A stretch of DNA of 64,000 nucleotides. Origin: Candidatus Cloacimonadales bacterium. Its GTDB lineage: Bacteria; Cloacimonadota; Cloacimonadia; Cloacimonadales; JAIOQZ01. Positions within the stretch are counted from its first letter, which is position 1. Each line of letters opens with the position of its first letter. The notes under the pieces are model-generated. The model ran no database searches. It saw only the letters and a program-made list of their open reading frames with translations, and had not been told where the DNA came from. The position numbers were made by a program, and so were the translations under genes. Below are positions 40,601-49,157 of this stretch, piece after piece. Location of the stretch: positions 2,496,001 through 2,560,000 of the forward strand of contig CAXXTU010000002.1 of assembly GCA_963662655.2 (NCBI GenBank), in the 5' to 3' direction.

Positions 40601-42150
40601 AGCATCGCAGGAATTCCTATCGTTGTCGAGCCGCTCGTCGGCGTTGGGTTGGTCGCTGCGTTAGGCGGATCGGTTCCGGCAGGCACGGCGTTGACCGCTG
40701 CAAGTGCGTTGACTCTTCCCGATCCGAAGCTGTTGCTCTTGGACGACGAAAGCTGTACCGCGTTTTGCTCGATAATCTGATCGATCTCTGCGGGAGTGAG
40801 GTTTGGATTCTTGCTCAGCATCAGTGCAACAACACCCGAATTACACGGAGTGGCCATTGAAGTACCGTTCCAGCCGTCCAGGTAGCCGGTATTGTTGGAA
40901 TAATCCAAAGATTTGATATTGTATCCCGGGGCCGAGATGTCCGGCCGGATGATACCCATCCCGGGATTGTATGCGTAATCGCCGTAACCGCTTACATCTT
41001 CCCAGGTACAAGGCCCGAGGCTGGAAAAATAGGCGAGATTATCGCTGCTGTCGGTAGCGCCAACGCAGATGACGGACGAAAGCCCACCGGTCAGCGTTTG
41101 ATCGGGATGCAGCCACGGAGGAGGGCAATCGCCGGGGGTTCTTACATTGTCGGGGATGGGGTAAGAGCCTTGCTCGTCGCCTTCGTTACCGGCAGCCACA
41201 CAAGCAACCATGCCGGCTGCGAGAACATTGTTGAAGCTGTCGCGCCAGCTCGGACGGTCCACACCCCATGAGTGCTGCCATCCAAGGGACATACTGATCA
41301 TGTTCGCGCCTTGATTCACTGCGAACTGGATCGCGTTCCATACCGCCGATTCCGTTCCGCTTCCTCCGCTGTCGAGCACCTTGAGCGCCATGATCGTCGC
41401 TTCCGGTGCGATACCCGTTTGCGATCCAGCGGTTCCGTCTCCGGCCACGGTTCCCGCACAATGTGTTCCGTGGTCGGCATCGTCCATCGGATCGTTGTCG
41501 CCATTGATGAAGTCGTATCCGTGATTGGGGTACGAGGCGTTCGTCCACATGTGATCCTGGAGATCGTGGTGGTTGTAGTTGACGCCGGTATCGATGACCG
41601 CGACCGTCACACCTTCACCATGATAGCCCAACGCCCAGACGTCCGTCGCACCAACATGCGAGACGTTCCAGGTGATTTCACGCGAACCGGGTTGACCTTC
41701 GACCCGCACGCTGCTCTCTTTCTCGCGTGCGTCGAGCATGTTGCGCTTCTCGTCCAGATCGATGGATTCGATCTCTTTTCGCAAGGCGATCTGGCTGATC
41801 ACGTCCGCCGTTGTGTGGCAGCTAACCACGTTGGTTATCCAAAGCGGACGAAGGTTCTGCACATCGCCGCGGGAAGCCGCCAACTGATCGAGCAGACCTT
41901 CCTGACGATCTTCGGCAAAAGCCTTCAGCTCGGAAACGACGTATTCGCGTTTCTGCACGCGATCCATTCCGCGAGTCGCCAGAAGCAGATCGTTCGAGTT
42001 GTATTGTTCGCTCAATCGAATATTGATTGGGATAAGTTCTTTATCGGAGGCGGATTTCATAGCCTCCATAAGCGGGTCTGTTATTGTCGCTGCCGAGAGG
42101 GACAGGACAAACAAAGCGAAAACAAGTGAACACAAGCGCTTTACGTACAT
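34621..42150 (-). CDS. Very large secreted S8 (subtilisin-like) serine protease with Ig-like, jelly-roll and beta-propeller modules and an FN3-like C-terminal domain
   Basis: Catalytic VIDTG, HGTHCAG, AAGN, NGTSMATP; signal peptide after AAGGAG RBS; repeated SNDP Ig modules. Confidence 0.92.
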   Translation of the reverse strand: MYVKRLCSLVFALFVLSLSAATITDPLMEAMKSASDKELIPINIRLSEQYNSNDLLLATRGMDRVQKREYVVSELKAFAEDRQEGLLDQLAASRGDVQNLRPLWITNVVSCHTTADVISQIALRKEIESIDLDEKRNMLDAREKESSVRVEGQPGSREITWNVSHVGATDVWALGYHGEGVTVAVIDTGVNYNHHDLQDHMWTNASYPNHGYDFINGDNDPMDDADHGTHCAGTVAGDGTAGSQTGIAPEATIMALKVLDSGGSGTESAVWNAIQFAVNQGANMISMSLGWQHSWGVDRPSWRDSFNNVLAAGMVACVAAGNEGDEQGSYPIPDNVRTPGDCPPPWLHPDQTLTGGLSSVICVGATDSSDNLAYFSSLGPCTWEDVSGYGDYAYNPGMGIIRPDISAPGYNIKSLDYSNNTGYLDGWNGTSMATPCNSGVVALMLSKNPNLTPAEIDQIIEQNAVQLSSSKSNSFGSGRVNALAAVNAVPAGTDPPNAATNPTPTSGSTTIGIPAMLKWNNGGGASSYTVFIGTNNGAPWNLVNGQTTSTPYISVSGLNYLSTYYWRVDSHNANGDATGTIWSFTTGAEADENFETGDFTANDWFFEGDAEWTIDSSNAYEGGFCAKSGVISHNEETSMAITLNCAGGSTISFYSMVSSEASYDYLHFYVDDDQEEQWCGEEPWTYHAYYVSEPGTHTFRWTYDKDGSESDGSDCARVDFVYFPEPLTGDPSIHFTPTQIDFGQVVVGGSSSASFQISNTGGETLSGTVFAPEGYRVSSSLRDVEASREQSRNVLGFAIPTGASMTLHLFFEPTAVATYNDEVTISSNDPENSEVSISLFGTGINPATITYTPGSFTETLDVDETASQTLTLGNDGDETLTYQVTYASSDRSRDDLFSEDFNSGIPGTWTITDGGTTTDTWYGEDAYGSSSSSLDGTMFAFSNSDAAGSGQTTDEILTSPSIDCSGYTNIMLEFDQFFNYIDGYGTEQGDVEVWDGATWQNVWTSGLIDWGSWALPDHQTIDLTEYANSALQIRFHYYAVYDLFWAIDNVSITGDFSGPLWLTLNGGTSASGSIAASGADEAVQIGFNSTGLSYGTYNATINVASNDPNNGSVDIPVSLVVSDAPQEQEIVVSPLSFEKSIVAGNTANETLTIDNIGGMDLTWSAVVTEVASRDIDLFDFDSGLPTGWNILDYGVTGLTWENVTDYEGASFDGTPFMLVNSGAYPEGVQFYDMIQSSMINTAGYSSITLELDHLFKVRTNELAQIYVHDGSEWHGVANFSSDQGTDFNSFAHPVYDLSEYAGNVLQIMFYYYDNNNQGYYWAIDNVQLNLDENPVWLTLDGGESASGTIEALDPAVPITVGFDAQNLAIGDYSKNITITSNDTDEGTIVVPVTLHVTSEPEPEIIVNPASLAFGTLEIGQTDTKQFTIQNTGLAILTGSIVTPSGYTVTLATRSRASVREGVKTRNSLTFSIDAGNTATYNLTFEPLYDQSYNGNVVIANNAGADEIIAVTGEGVTPPTAAITWNPASFNAAQEPDTQTSQNLTIGNNGALALTYEATVDYPSRSRTDLIDESFDSGMPGDWTIEDGGGTTDTWEVVSAYDTNTLDGTPFAFLDSDGAGQVDMDESLITPTLDVTDYTSLTLEFDQYFYYYQTEIADVDVWNGSSWDNLLSMSGAAVGSWSTPDHKTIDLTSYINSELKVRFHYYNANYEWYWAVDNVEIYGEGGPVSSTWLTLDGGESVNSTIASGGSDDVISVGFDSDNLTTGSYSAYIVLTSNDPDHASETIPVTLVIDEVVPDIDATPLSFNYTLEPDQTDQGTIQLMNLDAGTLNWSASVTQMSRNLVDAGYHGMRSGGTSNGQSDVPILSTSNTTFNGIRATGDLLLQYDVNAPTGSVLHLGCEVFQGQIWTTAGGLTSSSDDSNYLYRFDSNGNLLNTYDQITTSQWGLRDMAHDGTYLYAGDDNGFYRIDPATGAQTMLFSSNFGLGCIRALSYVPSMGFITCNWNNTYGEIIVFDASGNILDELAIPTSISNIYGSAYDPSDHTLWFFDISGPDEYQLTTFYQYDIATEALTGESIVVPVLVDSIIEQQAGGACLTSELTEGKMALCGIAQTEPDTFFAVELRDAVNWISLTSGTSGSLSGNSGPAEIGFSIDTADMVDGETHSAEIVISSNDPDEPTIVIPVNLTIETYPAFNLTPSSLTFGDVPLQTSETLQFTIENNGFAEMSGTITTIDGYTVSEISTTRTGSARKEVASVSNGRNALSYLIPGYSSQTFDLTLTPVAEETYNGSIVITSNDTNYPSNQLAVTGTGVYLPFPDIEVTPVLLSFNVDPDDTQTKTFAISNVGEAGLNYSISEGIVASLATRTELTGALSSSREMQRTDWIGFDPTSGTVAVDSYQIISVTANTAGMTSGDYQTMLEIQTNDPDEAIVEVQINLRVKYQPLPIDDLSIQIDAGTVYLTWSTTTYATQYVIYAAASPEGPYTQVGQTNITVWSTAASEEMKYFMVKAKN

Positions 42151-42172
42151 TTGAATCTCCTTGGTGTCATAT

Positions 42173-42442
42173 TTATAATTGATTTGATTGATAAAAACGG
42201 GAGAGCTCTTTTCTGACTTCTTCTGGAAGTGAGTGCCATCGGACTCTGCGAACCGCTCCTTCGAGGGCATACAGCTTGGTCAGGCAGGCATCGGGGTCTA
42301 TCGCTCTGATTTGTATAAACGCACGACGACTGCCCAGGCGATCCAGATCCTCGCGGCTCTCGATACCTGCTCGTATCAAGATTTCTTCCAGTTTTCTGCC
42401 AATGTTAGGCAAGCTTTGCAGTTTCCCCATCAATTTCCCCAT
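42173..42442 (-). CDS. TfoX C-terminal domain protein
   Basis: LPNIG..LE..L..AGI, LGS, LYALEGA...W..L. Confidence 0.88.
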   Translation of the reverse strand: MGKLMGKLQSLPNIGRKLEEILIRAGIESREDLDRLGSRRAFIQIRAIDPDACLTKLYALEGAVRRVRWHSLPEEVRKELSRFYQSNQL

Positions 42443-42585
42443 TGAGTATAATTTCTTATCTTGCCATCGTACATGGAATTGTCAATAAAAAGATTATCTG
42501 CGCATACCAATAATGATTAGCCATTCAGTATCGCATTCCCTTGATACTGTCGTATAATCATTTCGTTCATCGAGAGTTTGGCTTC

Positions 42586-45015
42586 CTACTCCCACCTCGG
42601 TTTTCCGTCCACGCGCTTCCAGGCCGGCGACAGCCGTACGAGCGAGCGGATGAGGAAGGAGGAATCGTCCCGAAGATCGCGAAGTATCATACGGGTTTGT
42701 GCCGTGTTGATCACTCGCAATCCTTTTGCTGCGATTACCCGGAGTTTTTCCGAGTCGTTCGCGGAGTATTCCTGGAGGATATCGATACTGCGTTCGCACT
42801 TCAATCCGCCGATGGACGCCAGAACGCGCGGAACGTACTTTTTCTGTTCCAGTAGCACGTACAGCGAATCCACCCAAAGTGTATCCTCCGATTCACTGAT
42901 CAGGGCGATCGTGTTCTTGGCGATAAGGCTGTCCGGACTGTGCAATCCGCGCGAGAAATACGGCTTGAGCGCATCCGAATCTTCCACGAACTTCGAGATT
43001 GCCCGATAGACAAGACCGCTTTTGGAGTTCATGCGGTTGTTGAATATATATTCCGCGGCTTCTTCTTCACGCTGTAGAAGGTATTCTCCAGCCACTTCCA
43101 CTCGCATCGCGCTGCTCCCCACGCCCCACTCGGACGCGGCAGCGAAGATTACCGAGATATCCGCGAGCGAATCGACCAGCGCGGCCTGTTCCTCGGCTTC
43201 TTCTTCCAGCGGAGTGGGCGGTTCAACCAGGGCGATGTCCCTGCCCAAGCCCCAGGTGCCTTTCACCCAGGTCGTGTCGTCCCTGGCATACTCGACGCTG
43301 TAGCGATCCTTTCCTCCGGTGTCGAGAAAAATACCGATCCCTCCGCAACCTCTCGATGAATTGGCGAAACCATAATTGCTGTCGAAATCACGCGCGTATT
43401 CGTCATCACCCCACACATCGAGGAATACGCCAACCGAGTTGGTGAGGCCCAGGCCGTTTCCACCCTCGACGCCGTAGTAGTCGTTGCCGCCGCGGTCGAT
43501 CATGAAGCCGACACCGTAATCGTGTCCCGCTCCCTGGCCGGGGCCGTGCTTGGAGTAGTAATGGTCCTCACCCGCGCCGTCGAAAAGAAATCCCCCGGCG
43601 AGGTGAATCCCGCTCCCCTGCGGGTAGTACACGGCATCGTAATAATCGTTGCCGTCGTTATCGATAATCATGCCCAAAGCGTACCAGTAGGCTACCGCCT
43701 GCGCATAAACGCCACCCTGATAGACGTCGTTTCCGTGGTTGTCGTGAATGATGCCGATTCCACCCGCGATATCGGGACGCATCCCAAAGCCGAAGCCTTG
43801 CGACAGGCTCCGGAAATCGAACGGGGCGAGTGGTGCGTGGTAGTATTTACCGCCGGCGTAATACATGTCTGCGCCATCCCGATCAATGAGCATTCCCGCT
43901 GCCAGAGGTCCGGCGAATCCCTCACCGTACTGCGTAGCGCTGTACCGGTCGTCACCGGCATCTTCTATCTGGAGACAAATACCGTAACTCGCGGCTCCCA
44001 ACGAATGCAAGCCGCACTCGTAGAGGTCGTTTCCGTTTTCATCCTCATAGATGCCGTAACCGAAGGACGCGCTCATCGTCATATCGGATCCGCGGTATGT
44101 GTCATCACCCCCTGCGTCCAGGAAGCGGCTCAGACCCATAACGGCGCTGAAAAGGCCGCCAACGTTCCGGTTCTCGTAGTAATCGTTACCCGCCAGATCG
44201 ATAATCCAGCAGAAAGGCTGCTTCGGGTCAGCATACAAGTCTGCACGATAAGTATCGTCGCCACCCGGATCGATAATCAGGGCGTAACGCCCTTCATAGA
44301 AATCATTTGCAGCACTTCCAATCTTCATCAGACCCCAAGGCGTCTTTTTTTCCCGGGGACGGAAATCGTCCCGCTTCACAATATCGCATAAAATGGAAAA
44401 ATCCTTCTCGAAAGCGATCGCCGCTCTGCTCAATGATGCGAAATCGACTTTTTCGATCAACGCAATCAGACTGTCGGAATCGATTGGCGCATTCTCTTCC
44501 AGTCCACGCAGATCAAATGCTTTCCGGTAGTCGAGTGAATCGCTGCTCTCCTCCCAAAGGCTCAGCGCGATTGCCTCGAGCTGCTTACGTTCCGCTTTGT
44601 TGAGCGCGCTCCACACCTGCTGGTACTCGCGAGAGATCGTATCCCAGCTATGAATGGTGTAATCGATGGGATCGTCCGTTTTATAGTCGGAGGAGAAATC
44701 GCTGAGGCTGCAATCGCAATCGTAGATAATCTGTGAGAATCTCAACAGCAAATCGACTGGAGTGGCACTCTTAACCAGCGTATCGATTTCCGCTACGAAC
44801 TCGGGGAACATGAATGGTTTGTTCAGGATGTCGACGACCAAAGGAATCTTGAATCGGGTATCCGAATCCCAATCTTTAAGGAAATCGGTCGAAAGACTGT
44901 CCAGATCGTTGTCGATCAACATCTCGCGCATCATTGTGCGCTCGGATGGTGTTATAATTACCGCTCCAAGAACAGAAATAAAGAGTACTACTGCGATCAT
45001 CGAGAGGGTTTTCAT
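42586..45015 (-). CDS. Secreted protein with many D-x-x-G-x-D-x-Y Gly/Asp repeats and C-terminal HEAT-like repeats
   Basis: Signal peptide; about 12 repeats such as DPGGDDTY, DLAGNDYY, DRGGNDYY; helical tail ending SFLIRS. Confidence 0.7.
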   Translation of the reverse strand: MKTLSMIAVVLFISVLGAVIITPSERTMMREMLIDNDLDSLSTDFLKDWDSDTRFKIPLVVDILNKPFMFPEFVAEIDTLVKSATPVDLLLRFSQIIYDCDCSLSDFSSDYKTDDPIDYTIHSWDTISREYQQVWSALNKAERKQLEAIALSLWEESSDSLDYRKAFDLRGLEENAPIDSDSLIALIEKVDFASLSRAAIAFEKDFSILCDIVKRDDFRPREKKTPWGLMKIGSAANDFYEGRYALIIDPGGDDTYRADLYADPKQPFCWIIDLAGNDYYENRNVGGLFSAVMGLSRFLDAGGDDTYRGSDMTMSASFGYGIYEDENGNDLYECGLHSLGAASYGICLQIEDAGDDRYSATQYGEGFAGPLAAGMLIDRDGADMYYAGGKYYHAPLAPFDFRSLSQGFGFGMRPDIAGGIGIIHDNHGNDVYQGGVYAQAVAYWYALGMIIDNDGNDYYDAVYYPQGSGIHLAGGFLFDGAGEDHYYSKHGPGQGAGHDYGVGFMIDRGGNDYYGVEGGNGLGLTNSVGVFLDVWGDDEYARDFDSNYGFANSSRGCGGIGIFLDTGGKDRYSVEYARDDTTWVKGTWGLGRDIALVEPPTPLEEEAEEQAALVDSLADISVIFAAASEWGVGSSAMRVEVAGEYLLQREEEAAEYIFNNRMNSKSGLVYRAISKFVEDSDALKPYFSRGLHSPDSLIAKNTIALISESEDTLWVDSLYVLLEQKKYVPRVLASIGGLKCERSIDILQEYSANDSEKLRVIAAKGLRVINTAQTRMILRDLRDDSSFLIRSLVRLSPAWKRVDGKPRWE

Positions 45016-45050
45016 ACGTATCCATTTCCTTTATGTGAGTATGGTTTGTG

Positions 45051-45079
45051 ATTATACAAGCATACGATTTTCGCGTCAA
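45051..45079 (-). promoter_or_regulatory. Near-consensus sigma70 promoter
   Basis: TTGACG-N17-TATAAT with extended TG. Confidence 0.7.
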
Positions 45080-45132
45080 TGAAATTTTACTCGCCGATAT
45101 CCCTTCATGCGATCGGCAAGCCTGGAACGTGC

Positions 45133-45273
45133 ACTATTCCCGCGGCCGGGGGCGGCGTAGGAAGCCCCGTTCCGGGACTTCCTGACTCCCTCTCCCTTTG
45201 GTTTCACGCCTTGAAACCAAAGGGAGAGGGAGTCGTGCGCGGAGCGCACACGCCGCCCCCGGCCGCTGAGTCG
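45133..45273. repeat. Structured intergenic element, copy 1 (four-way junction)
   Basis: 17-bp perfect closing stem enclosing three directly abutting hairpins; homologous to 49817-49955 in the opposite orientation. Confidence 0.8.
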
Positions 45274-45303
45274 TGGGAGCAATCCGGGAATGAGTTTTCT
45301 CCC

Positions 45304-45336
45304 AAAAAGAAAAGCCGGACAGAACCCTGTCCGGCT
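45304..45336 (-). terminator. Intrinsic terminator
   Basis: AGCCGGACAG..CTGTCCGGCT plus T-tract on the minus strand. Confidence 0.8.
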
Positions 45337-45357
45337 GAAGAGATTATGATTAATCTA

Positions 45358-47595
45358 TTATTCGGCTGTGACTCGATAGAAGTATTTATTCGCGCCTGGA
45401 GCCGAATCGATGTAGCTGTTGTTTGTTGTCGTATCGTAAGGAGAGAATCCGGAATCGGGCAATGTTGAACGATAAACGTTGTACTGCGATGCGCCCGTAA
45501 CGGCTCCCCAGTTGATATGCATATCGCCGTCAATTTCCTCGATCACGATGTTGAGAGGCGTATCAAGCTGACCGCCGGAAACCTGCAGGGTGATCGGAAC
45601 GGTTACGTTGCCTTCATAGTCCGCGTTATGCACGATGACCAGCTCAGCGGTCTTCGTAGTTCCAGCCATGAGATCGGCGGAATCGAATCCGAGAGAGAGG
45701 TCAAGGTAATCGCGAGCGGAACCGGAAATCGTTCCACTTGAATTCGAGTTGATCGTCACCCAAGTCTCTGTCGCTTCAATCTCCAAAGCGAAGATATAAT
45801 CATTCGGAGTTCCCTGAACCATGCCAACGAGTACAAGCTTCCCATAGATGAGATCGGATGAGAACGAGCAGCCACCGGCCATCTGGTCGACACAATCGCC
45901 CACCAGCGGAGCCGTATAGGTGAGGCCCGTCAAAGCCTGAGTAACATGGTCGTATTGATAGAACGTGGTCTCGGGAGTTCCCGATTGCTCGTAGAACCAC
46001 AGTTTACCATTCACATCATCGTAAGCCATACCGTATGTAGAACTAATTCCGGGAGAAGGGATCACTTCAAGAACCGTCCCATCCGCGTTGAAGCGAACGA
46101 TGTCGCTTGCGAAACTCTTGGTGTAGAATCCATATCCCGGGACGTAAGCCAGAGCACGAATGCAGGTTACATTTCCGAATTCTGCCGCTGTGAATGTGAA
46201 CAGGACAGTCTGGGCTCCGGTAGCGGGATCAATGCGCACAAACGAAGTCTCGTTACCCGTGTAAAGGTACGTACCATCGTATGCGAGATCGCGATATCCC
46301 CAACCTGTCGAGGTTGCATCCTGTTCATAAGAGGCAATAAGGTTTCCTTGTCGATCAAGCTTGTAGACGTAATTCGGGTCGCTGTCGCTACCAGCACCAG
46401 TCGCCCAGAAATATCCGTTGACATACTCAACGCCGAGTAATTGGGTCTCGGAAGTTGGTGTTTGTGCATCAAGATCGAACACGACATCCCCAAGCTCTCT
46501 GGAAATCGTTGGGTTGGCTGAAACCGTCGGAGACGAATCGTTACGCGTGTTCGTGTTCATTCGCATACTCGATGACCATGCGTTTTGATTGAACTCACGG
46601 ACAGGCTGCATGAAATTGAGGTAGGCATGATACTCGAGATCGCCTGGCCCGTCGTTCGTTATCCGTATCGATTGAGACGAGGTCTGATCCACTGCCAGCG
46701 TCTCGTTCACATAAGTAGGATTTGTTTCGATTTCGGCCCATTTGAGGTAGAAATTCTGTACCGTTGTTTGATCTTCCGTAACGGTCACGATTGTTCCTTC
46801 ACTGAAATACGCAGAACCATCGGGAGCATAACACGCAACACCGTAATCGCCGACATAGATATCGTTGAATTCGTAGTATCCTTGCGCATTCGTGAGAGTT
46901 TCCTGTGTTCCGATACTCATCGTCGCGTTTTCAAGCGGTGTTGTTGATCCGTAAGCATAAACGTTACCTTGAATGTTTCCGGTAGCGGCCTCGGGCGCAT
47001 CGGCATAGATACGAGTAATCAATTCATAAGCTGCAGTACCTGTATCGTAATATGCCCAGTTCCCCGCTTCACCAACAACCGTGTGAATTGTCGCACCCGT
47101 TCCACGGTTTGTTGAAAGGCTTGAAGGGTGCCCGCTTGCATCCGCAGGGACAATCGCTACAATAAAATCATCATTTACCACCAATGGAGTTCTAAGCTCA
47201 TGAATCGTTTCGGTCGGGTATCTCTCTGCTTCAATTCCGAGTGTCTGATATAGAATGGTTGTTCCATCTGAGTCATAGATCCTGAAGTAAAATGTATCAT
47301 CTGGCCATGGATAGCTGGAATGTTCGTAGAAATAGTGTCCAATCGAAGAGATTGTGACAGGATAGGCCAGTCCGAAATCTGTTGTCATTTGAAAGATTGT
47401 ACCACGTTCAGGTGTTGGCCAGTTAAGGTTGGTCATTTCGGAAACGACAGCATACGAATACCATTGTGGATCTCGATCCATTTCTTGCGATGGTCGCTGG
47501 TCAAGGTCAATATCTGATATTGGCGCTTCCGTAACGGCACTCACAAAAGAGACCAGAACAAAACATAACATGAAAAAAGCAAATGACCTTTTCAT
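45358..47595 (-). CDS. Secreted modular protein: carboxypeptidase-regulatory-like Ig, split Ig with inserted beta-propeller, FN3-like C-terminal domain
   Basis: AGGAGG RBS; signal peptide; G.IQG.V...TNAQGYY; propeller paralogous to the one in the S8 protease; ends KYFYRVTAE. Confidence 0.8.
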   Translation of the reverse strand: MKRSFAFFMLCFVLVSFVSAVTEAPISDIDLDQRPSQEMDRDPQWYSYAVVSEMTNLNWPTPERGTIFQMTTDFGLAYPVTISSIGHYFYEHSSYPWPDDTFYFRIYDSDGTTILYQTLGIEAERYPTETIHELRTPLVVNDDFIVAIVPADASGHPSSLSTNRGTGATIHTVVGEAGNWAYYDTGTAAYELITRIYADAPEAATGNIQGNVYAYGSTTPLENATMSIGTQETLTNAQGYYEFNDIYVGDYGVACYAPDGSAYFSEGTIVTVTEDQTTVQNFYLKWAEIETNPTYVNETLAVDQTSSQSIRITNDGPGDLEYHAYLNFMQPVREFNQNAWSSSMRMNTNTRNDSSPTVSANPTISRELGDVVFDLDAQTPTSETQLLGVEYVNGYFWATGAGSDSDPNYVYKLDRQGNLIASYEQDATSTGWGYRDLAYDGTYLYTGNETSFVRIDPATGAQTVLFTFTAAEFGNVTCIRALAYVPGYGFYTKSFASDIVRFNADGTVLEVIPSPGISSTYGMAYDDVNGKLWFYEQSGTPETTFYQYDHVTQALTGLTYTAPLVGDCVDQMAGGCSFSSDLIYGKLVLVGMVQGTPNDYIFALEIEATETWVTINSNSSGTISGSARDYLDLSLGFDSADLMAGTTKTAELVIVHNADYEGNVTVPITLQVSGGQLDTPLNIVIEEIDGDMHINWGAVTGASQYNVYRSTLPDSGFSPYDTTTNNSYIDSAPGANKYFYRVTAE

Positions 47596-47679
47596 TATTA
47601 CCTCCTTTGATCATTGAACAAATTTCTGAAACACAAATCATTTGCTGTCAAGAAAATCGCAGTAAAAAAACATCCGCCC

Positions 47680-47723
47680 AAAAAAGAAGCATCCTGTACA
47701 GCCCCTCACCGTACAGGATGCTT
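47680..47723 (-). terminator. Intrinsic terminator after the Spy-like gene
   Basis: AAGCATCCTGTAC..GTACAGGATGCTT plus T-tract. Confidence 0.8.
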
Positions 47724-47739
47724 GATTATTCAGAATGGT

Positions 47740-48276
47740 TTAGAATCGGTTCTTGTGCTTTCCCGAACCTTGTTGAGCACCGGAATTCATGTGCTCTTCG
47801 CATTGTCCCTGAGGGTGCGACATTCCGCGTCCCATTCTCATTTCACCCCTCTCACCACGTGGTCCACGATGAGAGATCATTTTGAGGTATTGCGCCTTCT
47901 GCTCTTCATTCAGCTTGCTGTGAATCTGCTTCTGCATGTCCAGCCTGCCTTCCTGTAAATCAGCTTTTTTATTGCTGATTTGGCGTGACAACTTCTTTGC
48001 CTGATTGAAATCGCCGTCGTTGAGGGCTCCTTCAAGGTCCATCTCGAGCTTCTGGATATCCGCGTGGATATCGATCGTGCTTCTGCGGTGTGCAACCTGG
48101 ATATCTTCGATTTCTTCCTGCTGGGAATCCGTCAGATTCAAGCCTGCCATAAATCCACCGTGATGTGGTCCAAAAACAGGTTCTGCTTGCTCGCCAGGAT
48201 TCTCGTCATCTGCTGTAAGAAGAACAGCGAACATCATCATTGTTATTGCTATTGCGAGTGTGATATACCGATACAT
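47740..48276 (-). CDS. Spy/CpxP-family periplasmic protein
   Basis: Signal peptide; LNLTDSQQ and LNEEQ (LTxxQ-like) motifs. Confidence 0.8.
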   Translation of the reverse strand: MYRYITLAIAITMMMFAVLLTADDENPGEQAEPVFGPHHGGFMAGLNLTDSQQEEIEDIQVAHRRSTIDIHADIQKLEMDLEGALNDGDFNQAKKLSRQISNKKADLQEGRLDMQKQIHSKLNEEQKAQYLKMISHRGPRGERGEMRMGRGMSHPQGQCEEHMNSGAQQGSGKHKNRF

Positions 48277-48288
48277 GATTCTCCTCCT

Positions 48289-48729
48289 TCAATCGGTCAA
48301 TCTTTGTGGTCTATCTTTTGGTCTGTCGTGTCTTGGATGGTCGTCTTTCATTTTGTCGAACATCATCAGACGTTGTTCCGGGGTCAGTTTCTCACGTGCA
48401 GCGATGAGCGTATTTCCAATAGTACGCTCCAGTTCCATGAGCATCCCCATTGAATACGACAACTTCTCCTGTAATTCATCGTTCGTCGTATTCGGATCCC
48501 TCAAGGCTTTCATGAAATCTTCCTTCGCTCTGCTGAAGCGGGAACGGCACATGTGAATCTCTTTACGATTTTCTTTGATCAATTCCAGAAATTCTGGATG
48601 CGGCTTCCTGGGAAAATCCGGTGGAAATGGCGGTTTCGCTATGTATCTGTGATATATGAAGGTTCCCAGAAACGCCAGGTTGAACGCGATCGATATGATC
48701 AGGAGTATTCCGGTTAAGCGCTTGCTCAT
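48289..48729 (-). CDS. Membrane-anchored periplasmic heavy-metal-sensor/Spy-like protein
   Basis: IISIAFNLAFLG anchor; LTPEQR motif. Confidence 0.75.
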   Translation of the reverse strand: MSKRLTGILLIISIAFNLAFLGTFIYHRYIAKPPFPPDFPRKPHPEFLELIKENRKEIHMCRSRFSRAKEDFMKALRDPNTTNDELQEKLSYSMGMLMELERTIGNTLIAAREKLTPEQRLMMFDKMKDDHPRHDRPKDRPQRLTD

Positions 48730-49115
48730 TTTCCGCCCCCCATATCAAAGCTGTAGAGCGTTTCCGTGCCCAATGTTATATCCGTGTATTGCGTCGCGCT
48801 ACGGGAGGCCATGTCTCCGCTCATCACTACGCCCAGGAAGAACGCAGCCGCGGCCGTCAATGCGATCGATAGACGTGCAAACCAGCCAAGGCTCCGGGCG
48901 ATCTTCCCTTGGGGTATCGCCAGTATCCGCGCGATTGCTACCTGAGGTACCGGTTCCTCTTCGTACTGTGACAGAAAATCGTTAACCGAGGACAACTCCG
49001 CCAGTTCATGACGGCATTGTTCGCACTGATCCAGATGACGCCGAACCGTATCCATGTCTTTCAGTTCGCCATCCAGGTAGGCGTTCAGTTTGCTTCTGAT
49101 TTCTTCACATTTCAT
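48726..49115 (-). CDS. Zinc-finger (zf-HC2) anti-sigma factor
   Basis: MKC...LNAYLDGEL...HLDQCEQC plus one TM helix. Confidence 0.9.
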   Translation of the reverse strand: MKCEEIRSKLNAYLDGELKDMDTVRRHLDQCEQCRHELAELSSVNDFLSQYEEEPVPQVAIARILAIPQGKIARSLGWFARLSIALTAAAAFFLGVVMSGDMASRSATQYTDITLGTETLYSFDMGGGK

Positions 49116-49157
49116 CTTTCACTCCCCGGTCGATCTATCCTACCGACCGTCACATAT

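Noticed and set aside
42511..42562. Imperfect hairpin AATGATTA..CAGTATC/GATACTG..TAATCATT
   Set aside because: Short, AT-rich and single copy; may be a weak terminator or chance
45133..45273. Integron attC interpretation of the four-way element (CCGCTGAG with a bulged partner)
   Set aside because: No correctly spaced RYYYAAC/GTTRRRY boxes in both copies, no cassette array, no integrase in the window
45076..45468. Small ORFs over the structured elements (also 49664-50035)
   Set aside because: Open frames are explained by GC-rich palindromes; no RBS or protein-like features
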